Virus genome (UHGV): UHGV-0191845
Reading direction: 5' to 3' (one strand)
Length of the DNA: 40,236 nt
Source of the DNA: a virus
Every line of letters begins with the position of its first letter. The stretch's first letter is position 1. The notes below the pieces were generated by a model, which saw only the letters and a program-made list of their open reading frames with translations, was not told where the DNA came from and ran no database searches. The translations under genes were made by a program, and so were the position numbers. Below, one piece after another: positions 32,237 through 40,236 of this stretch.

Positions 32237-33274
32237 ATGACGGAAAACAGAGAGCTTTTAATAAATGAAGCGGCGGAGCTTGAAGACGGGAAGCTTGACA
32301 GGCTTTCGGCGGAGGTTATTTCACTGACGCGCGCGGCGCAGAAAATTTCCTTATATTATATATGCGAAATCGGGGAGCGATTGACGGAGGCGAAGGCGAT
32401 AGTCGGGCGCGGCGGCTGGGGTGAATGGCTGAAAAACAAGGTGGATTATTCACAGAGCACGGCGGAAAACTTCATTAAAATATACAAGGAATACGGAAGC
32501 GGACAGATAGGAATGCTCGGGGAGGGAAATTCCGAAACGTTTGAGAGGCTTCCATATACAAAGCTTTTGGCGCTGGCGGCGCTTGACCCGGAGAGCCGGG
32601 AGGAGTTTTGCGAAAACAACGACGTTGAGGCGGCGAGCGTGCGCGAGCTTAAGGACATGGTTGCGAAGCTGAAAGAGGAAAACGAGGAATCGGCGCAGGC
32701 GGCAAGCAAAAAAGCGGACGAGCTTGAGAATGTGCGCCGCGAGGCAGCGGAGGCAAGAGAAGCCGAGGCGGACGCGCGGAGAGAAGCGGAGGAGCTGAAA
32801 AAAGAGGTTGACAGCCTTTCGGCAGAGCTTGACGCGGCAAACGCGAGGGAGGTTTTGCCGGGGCTTGAGGAGGAGAAAGCGAAGCTGTGCGAGAAGTACG
32901 ACAAAAAGCTTGAAAAGCTCAAAAAAGAGCTTGAGAAAAGAAAGGCGGCGGAGGAGAGCGCGGCGAAAGCTGCGGAGGCGGCAGCGGAGGAGCTGAGAAA
33001 AAAGACGGAGGAGACCGTTCGCCGCGAGGTTACGCAGGCGGCGGAGGCTGCGCAAAAAGAGCTTGAAGCGCGGTGCGAAAATGCAGAAAGAAAGCTTTCG
33101 GAGGCGCAGAAAACAGACCTCGGTGCAATATCGATTTATTTTGACGATGTGCAGCGGCTGATGGGGCTGATACGCGCGGAGCTTGAAAAGGTGCGTGCGG
33201 CTGACGCGGCGGTATATGAAAAGCTTTCGGGAGGAATAAAGGAAACGATGAAAAAGCTTTCGGAGGTGATCTGA
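32237..33274 (+). CDS. DUF3102-domain protein with long coiled coil
   Basis: EIGERLTEAK...GGWGEWLKNKVDYSQSTAENFIKIY...LPYTKLLAL. Confidence 0.85.
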   Translation: MTENRELLINEAAELEDGKLDRLSAEVISLTRAAQKISLYYICEIGERLTEAKAIVGRGGWGEWLKNKVDYSQSTAENFIKIYKEYGSGQIGMLGEGNSETFERLPYTKLLALAALDPESREEFCENNDVEAASVRELKDMVAKLKEENEESAQAASKKADELENVRREAAEAREAEADARREAEELKKEVDSLSAELDAANAREVLPGLEEEKAKLCEKYDKKLEKLKKELEKRKAAEESAAKAAEAAAEELRKKTEETVRREVTQAAEAAQKELEARCENAERKLSEAQKTDLGAISIYFDDVQRLMGLIRAELEKVRAADAAVYEKLSGGIKETMKKLSEVI

Positions 33275-33480
33275 TGACATGGGAGGAGACGGAAAAGGCA
33301 TTTTATGACGGTGCGGCGGTTATATACAGATTCTGGAATGATGAAGCGCATTATCCGAACATTCACGCGCTGAGATATACGAGAAATGAAATCGGCGGAG
33401 TGGATCTGACGGTTGAGCTGCTTGACCGCGGCGGCAATTCGGTCAGACGGGTGAAGTATCAATACATAGAGTATGCATAA
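33274..33480 (+). CDS. Hypothetical protein (68 aa)
   Basis: GGAGGTG RBS, coupled to the upstream stop. Confidence 0.7.
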   Translation: MTWEETEKAFYDGAAVIYRFWNDEAHYPNIHALRYTRNEIGGVDLTVELLDRGGNSVRRVKYQYIEYA

Positions 33481-33640
33481 AAGGCAACTGCCTTTAAATC
33501 TGCTGAGTTTCCGTTGAGCCGATGAGCGTCGGGGGCGTTGTTCGGGAGCGAACGGATTATGTTCTTTTGACACCAAAAGAACATCGTCCCTTTTTGACTC
33601 CAAAAGGAAAAAGCGGTTCGCTTCCGAACAACATGCCGCA
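33480..33640. repeat. Element copy E: two right-end fragments fused head-to-head upstream of the HUH gene
   Basis: AAAGGCA-AC-TGCCTTT; arms GTTGTTCGGGAGCGAAC (33537-53) and GTTCGCTTCCGAACAAC (33616-32) enclose two CTTTTG-n-CAAAAG hairpins. Confidence 0.85.
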
Positions 33641-33755
33641 ATGTTAATCGGATTGGATTAAAAGTAAAAATATTTACTTTTGCAAGGCGTTTTTTACAGC
33701 GCCTTGGCGGGCTTGGTAAACGCCTAAGTTTGCGACCATTTTTAAATAACGGGAG

Positions 33756-34538
33756 ATGAAAAAGGTGCAGGGAATCGGATATTGGGTAATCAGAACATAC
33801 GTGAGCGGAAGCGTGGGAGAAAAAATCAAATATTGGATTCCCGGAGAGAAACCGACAAAGAGCAGGAGAAAGCTTGCGGCTGACATAAGAAAACAGGATC
33901 AGAACAAAAAGGCATGCGAGAGAACGCTTGCAAGAATCATCAACGCGAATTTTTCACAGGGTGACGTTTTGGTGGGGCTTGATTATGATGACGCGCACGT
34001 TAAGAAAGTGACGGGAAGAACGGGCGATGAGACAATTGAGAAAGCTGAGAAAGAACTGCGGCTTTGCCTGCGCAGGGTGAAGCGCGCGGCGGACAAGCTC
34101 GGGATTGAGGTGCGCGCGGTAGGAGTGACAAGCGACTTAAACGGTGAGACGGGGGAAGAAGTTCGGGTGCATCATCACTTGGTCGTGAACCGTGAGGCGG
34201 CGCGTTTGTTCGGCGAGAAATGGAAGGGCGGCGGAGTTGATTACGAGCCGCTGAAGCCGCAGCAGGATTACACAGCCGTTGCGCATTATCTGCTTGCACA
34301 GGTGCGCCATGTGCCGGACAAGAAAAAATACATAGCAACGCGGAATTTGAAAAAGCCGGAGAGAAACGACAGAATCGCGAAGAACGGAGCGGAGATAAGT
34401 GTGCCGCGCGGCTGTGTGCTGCTTCATCGGAGCGAATACAATGTCGGCATGACGCAGTATGTGAGGTATTATATCCCCGGAGGGGGAAAGGGAAGACGGC
34501 TGCCTTCTGATCCGCGGCGTTTAAAACCAAACCGATGA
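33756..34538 (+). CDS. HUH-superfamily Rep-like endonuclease
   Basis: NANF...LVGLDY (motif I-like), VRVHHHLVVN (HUH), AHYLLAQ (catalytic Tyr candidate), YIATRNLKKP. The last ~14 codons are read from element copy D. Confidence 0.75.
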   Translation: MKKVQGIGYWVIRTYVSGSVGEKIKYWIPGEKPTKSRRKLAADIRKQDQNKKACERTLARIINANFSQGDVLVGLDYDDAHVKKVTGRTGDETIEKAEKELRLCLRRVKRAADKLGIEVRAVGVTSDLNGETGEEVRVHHHLVVNREAARLFGEKWKGGGVDYEPLKPQQDYTAVAHYLLAQVRHVPDKKKYIATRNLKKPERNDRIAKNGAEISVPRGCVLLHRSEYNVGMTQYVRYYIPGGGKGRRLPSDPRRLKPNR

Positions 34539-34865
34539 GCATCGGGGAAGCATTGTTCGGGCGCGAACGGCGTTGTTCTTTTGATGTCAAAAGAACCAAA
34601 AACATGGGGGTTTCGATTCCCCCATACCCCCTAAACGACCTCGCAGGGGCGAAGCTTGCGGCGTGCGTGCGTTGGCGGAGGTGCAGCGGTTTTGTTTTGC
34701 GGCTTCTGTGCTCCGCTCCGCGTGATGTGATTGTGCCGAGTGCGGCGGAGTGCAGATTATAAACAGGGGCTGACAAGGTGCGTTTGCTCCGGCTGCGCTT
34801 TACGGAAGCCGCAAAACGGCGGCGGAGAGCAGAACGGCAGCGGAGTGGGGAAGACGGCGGCGGAG
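34493..34865 (-). repeat. Structured dispersed element, copy D
   Basis: Near-identical to copy C over ~34523-34738; overlaps the 3' end of the HUH gene. Confidence 0.95.
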
Positions 34866-34935
34866 AGGATGAGAAACGCTGAATTATGCATTTTAAATTT
34901 TGAATTATAAATTATAAAAAAGGGGTGGCGGAGAG

Positions 34936-35106
34936 ATGAAGCACGGAAAGCGACCGACGGTTCGGCAGAAAAAGCTTATGGCAGAAAAACGGTTGAATCC
35001 TGATAACTGGCTTGTTTTCAAGGACACGCCGGAGGCGATGCATGTTGTGCACAGGCATTCGGACAAAACGGTGCGCGTGATACGGAAAGAGGCTGAGGAG
35101 AGATGA
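34936..35106 (+). CDS. DUF6906-like small protein
   Basis: MKHGKRPTVRQKKLM...LNPDNWLVFK. Confidence 0.75.
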   Translation: MKHGKRPTVRQKKLMAEKRLNPDNWLVFKDTPEAMHVVHRHSDKTVRVIRKEAEER

Positions 35107-35318
35107 AAAAGACATACTGCCCGTTTTTCATAAAAGAAAACATGCAGATGACGGAGCTGATATGCGCGAGCGCTGTTATAAACTTCCCCGACCGCGAGGC
35201 GCGCAGGGAATTTGTTTACACGTTATGCGGTTCGCTGGGAGGATATGAAAAATGCCCGGTATACAAATTTTTAGAAAACAGAGAGGAGCGGAAATCATGC
35301 AGGAAAAAGAGAGGCTGA
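35103..35318 (+). CDS. Small Cys-containing protein
   Basis: YCPFF...IC...C...YEKCPVY; ATGA coupling. Confidence 0.7.
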   Translation: MKKTYCPFFIKENMQMTELICASAVINFPDREARREFVYTLCGSLGGYEKCPVYKFLENREERKSCRKKRG

Positions 35319-35623
35319 AAGAGCTTTTGAAAAAGCGTGCGAAAAAGATAAAGAGCCTGGAGGATGAGCTGGAGGGATACCGCGAGCTTGTGCGGCTTTC
35401 GGGCGCTTTTGTGCTTGCGGCGGCAAGGGAGCGCGGAGAGGTGCGGCTGAGCCGCAGCGAAGTTTCGAAAGCGGTTTACGGAGAGGTGAAGTTTGAGAAA
35501 ACGGATGATGAATACATAATCAGAGCGGAGGTGCGCGGCGATGATGCGGATACGGATGCGCAGGGGGATAATAAACGAGGTGCGGATAACGGGGCACGCA
35601 GGGTATGCGAAAAAAGGCAGTGA
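35297..35623 (+). CDS. Hypothetical protein
   Basis: GAGGAG RBS; coiled-coil start MQEKERLKELL. Confidence 0.6.
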   Translation: MQEKERLKELLKKRAKKIKSLEDELEGYRELVRLSGAFVLAAARERGEVRLSRSEVSKAVYGEVKFEKTDDEYIIRAEVRGDDADTDAQGDNKRGADNGARRVCEKRQ

Positions 35624-35813
35624 CATTGTGTGCGCGGCGGTGAGCGCGCTTATTGACGCGCTTGCGGCGGTGACGGACGGCAGCGTGCGCGACGACGGAG
35701 AAACATACGTTTGCGCATTCGTGGGGTTCGGGGAGGCGTTCGACATGGCGCGGATCGGCTTTGCAAGAATCGCGGCGGCTTATCCCAAACATGTCAGCGT
35801 GGAGGTTTTATAG
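35541..35813 (+). CDS. prp: Prp-family cysteine protease (ribosomal L27 / phage capsid maturation protease)
   Basis: ITGHAGYAKKGSDIVCAAVSAL catalytic His/Cys motif; C-terminal YPKHV. Confidence 0.9.
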   Translation: MMRIRMRRGIINEVRITGHAGYAKKGSDIVCAAVSALIDALAAVTDGSVRDDGETYVCAFVGFGEAFDMARIGFARIAAAYPKHVSVEVL

Positions 35814-35821
35814 CGTTTAGA

Positions 35822-36215
35822 ACAGCGGACAGAGAGTATACAGCTTTCTGCCGCTGTTTTTTGTGCACTTTGCCGCTGTTTTGCGGATTCGCCATGCGCA
35901 GCCGAAGCAAAGGCACGTTGTACGCATTTTACGCAAATACCGCATAATGCCGCGCACGGCACAAACACATCACGCGGAGCGGAGCATAGAAGCCGCAAAA
36001 CAAAACCGCTTACTTACCGCCAACGCACGTACGCTGCAATTCTCGCCCCTGCGAGGTCGTTTAGGGGGCATGGGGGAATCGAAACCCCCATGTTTTTGGT
36101 TCTTTTGACACCAAAAGAACATCGTCCTCTTTTGACACCAAAAGAACATAATCCGTTCGATTCCGAACAACGCCTCCGCTGCTTAGCGATTCGGTTTTAA
36201 AGGCGGAAAGCCTTT
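35822..36215 (+). repeat. Structured dispersed element, copy B
   Basis: Colinear with copy A; the CTTTTGACACCAAAAGAACAT hairpin is tandemly duplicated (36099-36149). Confidence 0.95.
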
Positions 36216-36230
36216 ACGGTATGCAAAAAG

Positions 36231-36259
36231 TTTACAGGATTGAGAGAGTGAGATACAAT
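36231..36259 (+). promoter_or_regulatory. Putative late promoter for the packaging operon
   Basis: TTTACA, 17 bp, TACAAT upstream of terS. Confidence 0.7.
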
Positions 36260-36287
36260 AAAAATGCGATGAGAGGGTGAAAACAAT

Positions 36288-36821
36288 ATGGCGGAGCGGC
36301 GGCACGGAATTAAATGGTGGTGCAAAAAAGAGAATCTGGACAAGCTTCAGGCATGGGCGGCAAAGGGGCTTGCAATGCGCGAGATTGCCGAAATGATGGG
36401 AATAAGCCGCTCGACGCTTTACGAATGGATCAACAAAAGTCAGGACATTTCGGACAGTTGCGCGCGCGGCTGCGCGGAGGCTGACGAAAACGTTGAGGGG
36501 GCGCTGTTCAAAAAATGCATGGGCTACAACGCGATTATAAAAAAGCCGATGAAGGTGCGCAGAATCAGATACGAAAACGGCAGGAAGGTTGAAGAATGCG
36601 AGGAGATTGTTGAGGTTTCGGAAGAGGTGCACGTGCCGGCGGACAGCAACGCGCAGAAGTTCTGGCTGATAAACAGGCAGCCCGACAGGTGGCAGACGCA
36701 GCCGGGAGGCGAAGAAACGGATTCGGAGGGGTGCGGCGTTGTGATGCTTGCGCCGGTTAAGAAAAGCGAGCCGCCGATTGAAGCGGAGGCGGAGGAGCAC
36801 AGGACGGAGGCGGAGAAATGA
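36288..36821 (+). CDS. terS: Terminase small subunit (HTH type)
   Basis: EIAEMMGISRSTLYEW, VEGALFKKCMGY, AQKFWLINRQPDRW; directly upstream of terL. Confidence 0.85.
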   Translation: MAERRHGIKWWCKKENLDKLQAWAAKGLAMREIAEMMGISRSTLYEWINKSQDISDSCARGCAEADENVEGALFKKCMGYNAIIKKPMKVRRIRYENGRKVEECEEIVEVSEEVHVPADSNAQKFWLINRQPDRWQTQPGGEETDSEGCGVVMLAPVKKSEPPIEAEAEEHRTEAEK

Positions 36822-38248
36822 AAAACGTTATATGGACGCCGCAGCCGAAGCAGCGGCTTTTCATGGAGCGCGGAGAGGATGAGGCGCTTTACGGCGGAGC
36901 AGCAGGCGGAGGAAAGAGCGACTGTGCGCTTGCCGAGGCGCTGAGGCAGGTGCATATTCCGCATTACAGGGGGCTGATTCTGAGAAAAACTTACCCCCAG
37001 CTTTCGGAGCTGATTGACAGAAGCCGCGAAATATACAATGCGGCGTTTCCGAAAGCGAGATACAACGACCAGAAGCACTGCTGGAGCTTCCCGAGCGGTG
37101 CAAAGATATATTTCGGGGCGATGCAGTACACAAAGGACCGGACGAATTATCAGGGAAAGCGGTACGACTTTATCGACTTTGACGAGCTGACGCATTTTAC
37201 GTGGGACGAATACAGCTACTTATTTTCGAGAAACCGTCCGAACGGCAGCGGCACGCGGTGCTACATACGCGCGCAGGCGAACCCCGGGGGAGTGGGGCAC
37301 GGTTGGGTGAAGGAACGCTTTATAACGGCGGCGCCGCCGCTGACGCCGATATGGGACAAAATAAGCTACAGGGCGCCGGACGGAAAGACCGTGACAAAGT
37401 GGCGGAGCAGGATTTTTGTGCCGTCAACGGTGTTTGACAATCAAAAGCTGATGGAGAACGACCCGGAATACATAACAAGGCTTGCGGCGCTTCCCGAAAA
37501 TGAGAAAAAGGCGCTTTTATACGGAGATTGGGACAGCTTTTCGGGGCAGGTGTTCACGCAGTGGCGGAACAATCCCGACGGATACGAAACGAGAGTGAAC
37601 ACGCACGTTATAAAGCCGTTTAGGGTTCCGGAATCGTGGAGGATATACAGGGGGTTTGACTTCGGATATTCAAAGCCGTTTTCGGTGGGGTGGTACGCGG
37701 TTGACCATGAGGGGCGAATGTACCGCGTGCGCGAGCTTTACGGCTGCACGGGAATCCCGAACGAGGGCGTGCGATGGGAGCCGACGGTGATTGCGCACAA
37801 GATTGCCGAGATCGAAAAAGAGGACGTCAATCTGCGCGGACGGAGGGTTTACGGAATTGCAGACCCTTCGATTTTCGACGAGAGCCGCGGCGAAAGCGTG
37901 GCGGCGATGATGGAGCGCGCGGGTGTTTACTTCGAGCCGGGGGACAACACGCGGCTTGCCGGGAAAATGCAAATTCACAACCGTTTGGCATTTGACGAAA
38001 ACGGAATCCCGATGCTTTACGTGTTCGACACGTGCAAGCACTTTATCCGGACGATTCCGCAGCTTGTTTATTCGATGACGGACGTTGAGGACATTGACAC
38101 GGACGGAGAGGATCACATATACGATGAGGTGCGCTATGTTGCGATGGCGCGGCCGATTAATCCTCCGAGGGCGGCGGAGAAGAAAGCGCGGGAGTTCAAT
38201 CCGCTTGAAACGGCGGCGGAGGTGAAGCCTTATGCATGGTGGCAGTGA
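36818..38248 (+). CDS. terL: Terminase large subunit
   Basis: PQPKQ, Walker A YGGAAGGGKS, Walker B FIDFDELTHF, ANPGGVGHGWVK, nuclease GFDFGY and EDHIYDEVRY. Confidence 0.97.
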   Translation: MKNVIWTPQPKQRLFMERGEDEALYGGAAGGGKSDCALAEALRQVHIPHYRGLILRKTYPQLSELIDRSREIYNAAFPKARYNDQKHCWSFPSGAKIYFGAMQYTKDRTNYQGKRYDFIDFDELTHFTWDEYSYLFSRNRPNGSGTRCYIRAQANPGGVGHGWVKERFITAAPPLTPIWDKISYRAPDGKTVTKWRSRIFVPSTVFDNQKLMENDPEYITRLAALPENEKKALLYGDWDSFSGQVFTQWRNNPDGYETRVNTHVIKPFRVPESWRIYRGFDFGYSKPFSVGWYAVDHEGRMYRVRELYGCTGIPNEGVRWEPTVIAHKIAEIEKEDVNLRGRRVYGIADPSIFDESRGESVAAMMERAGVYFEPGDNTRLAGKMQIHNRLAFDENGIPMLYVFDTCKHFIRTIPQLVYSMTDVEDIDTDGEDHIYDEVRYVAMARPINPPRAAEKKAREFNPLETAAEVKPYAWWQ

Positions 38249-38330
38249 GAGAGAAAGGCGGCGGAGTGCGAGGAAACGGCGGCGAGCGTGCGCCGGGGCG
38301 GAAAAAGATTGAGAGAGGGGAAAATTTGAT

Positions 38331-40103
38331 ATGAAGAAGATTACGAAAAACGAGGTGGCGGAGGCAAGGACGCTGCTGCGGCAATACAAGGACGGGAAAA
38401 AGCACCTTGAAAGCCGCATTGTGACGGAGGAGGAGTTCTGGAAGCGGAGGCACTGGGAACAGCTGCGCGGAAAGGACGAAAAGACGCGCCCGGCGAGCGG
38501 CTGGATGTTCAACTCGATATGCAACAAGCATGCGGATGCGATGGACAGTTACCCGGAAATAAAGTGCCTGCCGAGAGAGCAGTCGGACGAGGGTTCGGCT
38601 GCGCTTCTGACGGAGATAATCCCCGTGATAATGGAGCGCAACGGATTTGAAGAGACATACAGCGCAAACTGGTGGTACAAGCTCAAGCACGGCTGCGCGG
38701 CTTACGGAGTTTTTTGGGACAGCTCGGCGCAGAACGGTTTGGGCGACGTGCAGGTGACGCGGATTGACCTTCTGAATATTTTCTGGGAGCCGGGGATAAC
38801 GGACATTCAGAAAAGCAGAAATATTTTCATCGTTGACCTTGTGCCGACGGAGGACCTCCGCGCGAGGTATCCGTCCGCAGGAATAAAGGGCGGCAGCGGC
38901 GCAAATGCGGAGCTTGAATCGTACCGCTTTGACGACGCGGTGAAGGTGGACGACAAGACGCTTGTTGTTGACTGGTATTACAAAAAAACGGACAAAAACG
39001 GGAAAACGGCGCTGCATTACTGCAAATTCGCCGAGGATGCGGTTTTGTTTGCAAGCGAGAACGAGAAAGCATACGAGAGCCGCGGCTGGTACGACGACGG
39101 GAAATACCCGATAGATTTTGACGTTTTATACCCCGAGGAGGGAACGCCGGTTGGGTTCGGGGTTGTTTCGGTGTGCAAGGACGCGCAGCTTTCGATTGAC
39201 GAGCTTGACGGAGCGATACTGAAAACGGCGGTTATGGCGGCAACGCCGCGCTTTTTCGCAAAGGAAAGCTGCGGAATAAACGAAAACGAGTTCCTTGACT
39301 GGACAAAGCCGCTGGTGCATACGGCGAGCGACGTTGACGACCGCGTGGTAAAGCAGATTAATTTAAACCCGATGAGCGGATTTATTGCGAATTTCAGGCA
39401 AAACAAGATTGACGAGATGAAAGAAACAAGCTCGAACCGCGATTTTTCGCAGGGGAGCACGGCGAGCGGAGTGACGAGCGGCGCGGCGATTGCAACGCTT
39501 CAGGAAGCGGGAAACAAGACAAGCCGCGACATGATAAACGCGTCTTACAGGTGCTATGCGAGGATTGCGGAAAAGATAATCGACAGAATGAGACAGTTTT
39601 ACGATGAGCGGCGGTGCTTTCGGATAACGGGGGAAGCGGGGGCGCAGACGAAATACGTGAGCTTCGGAAACGACGCGTTAAAGCCGCAGAGCATGGGAAA
39701 CGTCGGAGGGAGCGAGCTTTTCCGCGAGCCTGTGTTCGACATCAGGATAAAGGCACAGAAGCACAATCCGTTTTCAACGCTTTCGCAGAACGAAACGGCA
39801 ATCAATTTATACAATGCAGGATTTTTCAATCCGCAGAACGCACAGGCGGCCGAGGCGGCAATACGCATGATGGATTTCGAGGGCAAAAAGGACGTTGAGG
39901 AATACATTTTGCAGGGGCAGACGCTTTATAATCAGCTGACGGCGCTTCAGCAGCAGAACGCACAGCTTCAGCAAATGCTGACGGGAATCCGAACGCAGCC
40001 GCAGACCGCCGTGCAGCCGGGCGGCGGCGCTTCCGCCGCGCCGACGGAGAAGCAGAAAACGGCGGCGGAGAAGCTTGCAAAGGCGGCAACTAAAAATGTT
40101 TAA
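38331..40103 (+). CDS. Portal protein
   Basis: 590 aa directly after terL; FNSICNKHADAMD.YPE...PRE, NIFWEPGITDIQ.SR, GVTSGAAIATLQEAG. Confidence 0.9.
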   Translation: MKKITKNEVAEARTLLRQYKDGKKHLESRIVTEEEFWKRRHWEQLRGKDEKTRPASGWMFNSICNKHADAMDSYPEIKCLPREQSDEGSAALLTEIIPVIMERNGFEETYSANWWYKLKHGCAAYGVFWDSSAQNGLGDVQVTRIDLLNIFWEPGITDIQKSRNIFIVDLVPTEDLRARYPSAGIKGGSGANAELESYRFDDAVKVDDKTLVVDWYYKKTDKNGKTALHYCKFAEDAVLFASENEKAYESRGWYDDGKYPIDFDVLYPEEGTPVGFGVVSVCKDAQLSIDELDGAILKTAVMAATPRFFAKESCGINENEFLDWTKPLVHTASDVDDRVVKQINLNPMSGFIANFRQNKIDEMKETSSNRDFSQGSTASGVTSGAAIATLQEAGNKTSRDMINASYRCYARIAEKIIDRMRQFYDERRCFRITGEAGAQTKYVSFGNDALKPQSMGNVGGSELFREPVFDIRIKAQKHNPFSTLSQNETAINLYNAGFFNPQNAQAAEAAIRMMDFEGKKDVEEYILQGQTLYNQLTALQQQNAQLQQMLTGIRTQPQTAVQPGGGASAAPTEKQKTAAEKLAKAATKNV

Positions 40104-40109
40104 TGTTCG

Positions 40110-40236
40110 GGAGGCAGCGGCTTTTTCGCACTCTGTTGCCCCCACGCACTCTGCTGCTGTTTTAAGGCTTCGCCATGCGCAGCCGGAGCAGAGGCGCGTT
40201 GTATGCATTTTGCGCGTATACCGCACACAGCTGCGC
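40110..40236 (+). repeat. Structured element copy A, left part (joins position 1)
   Basis: TTCGCCATGCGCAGCCGGAGCA...CTGCGC|ACGGCACAA is colinear with 35888-35964. Confidence 0.9.

Noticed and set aside
36099..36149. CRISPR-like repeats (palindromic GTTCTTTTG-n4-CAAAAGAAC units)
   Set aside because: At most two adjacent copies with a few bases between them, no spacers of regular length and no cas genes.

Overview
The window looks like a complete, circularly permuted ~40 kb temperate tailed phage genome with podovirus-like organisation (no tape measure or major tail tube gene recognised), probably infecting a Clostridia-type Firmicute. The module order is scaffold, N4-gp56-type capsid, tail, ejection proteins (including a 2839-aa polyvalent protein), lysis, an intact attP (3' half of tRNA-Lys(CTT)), tyrosine integrase, an AT-rich accessory island (HicAB, membrane proteins), a CI/Cro switch, early genes (PcfJ/PcfK-like, DUF3102, HUH Rep-like), a Prp protease, terminases and portal. 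Two non-coding systems stand out. (1) Three complete antisense small-RNA transcription units (TTGACA-17-extended -10, a ~66-71 nt end-paired hairpin starting at the predicted +1, and a poly-U tail) are hidden inside the giant virion-protein ORF; two sit directly at the ends of predicted BECR-fold RNase modules, suggesting RNA antitoxins or regulators embedded in toxin cassettes. (2) A ~350-bp highly structured intergenic element occurs in four full and several partial copies in both orientations, shows compensatory base changes, and flanks the HUH endonuclease gene. Several cassettes bounded by 38-52 bp direct repeats with truncated or chimeric junction genes record recent gene accretion. All family assignments come from motif recognition by eye, not database searches.
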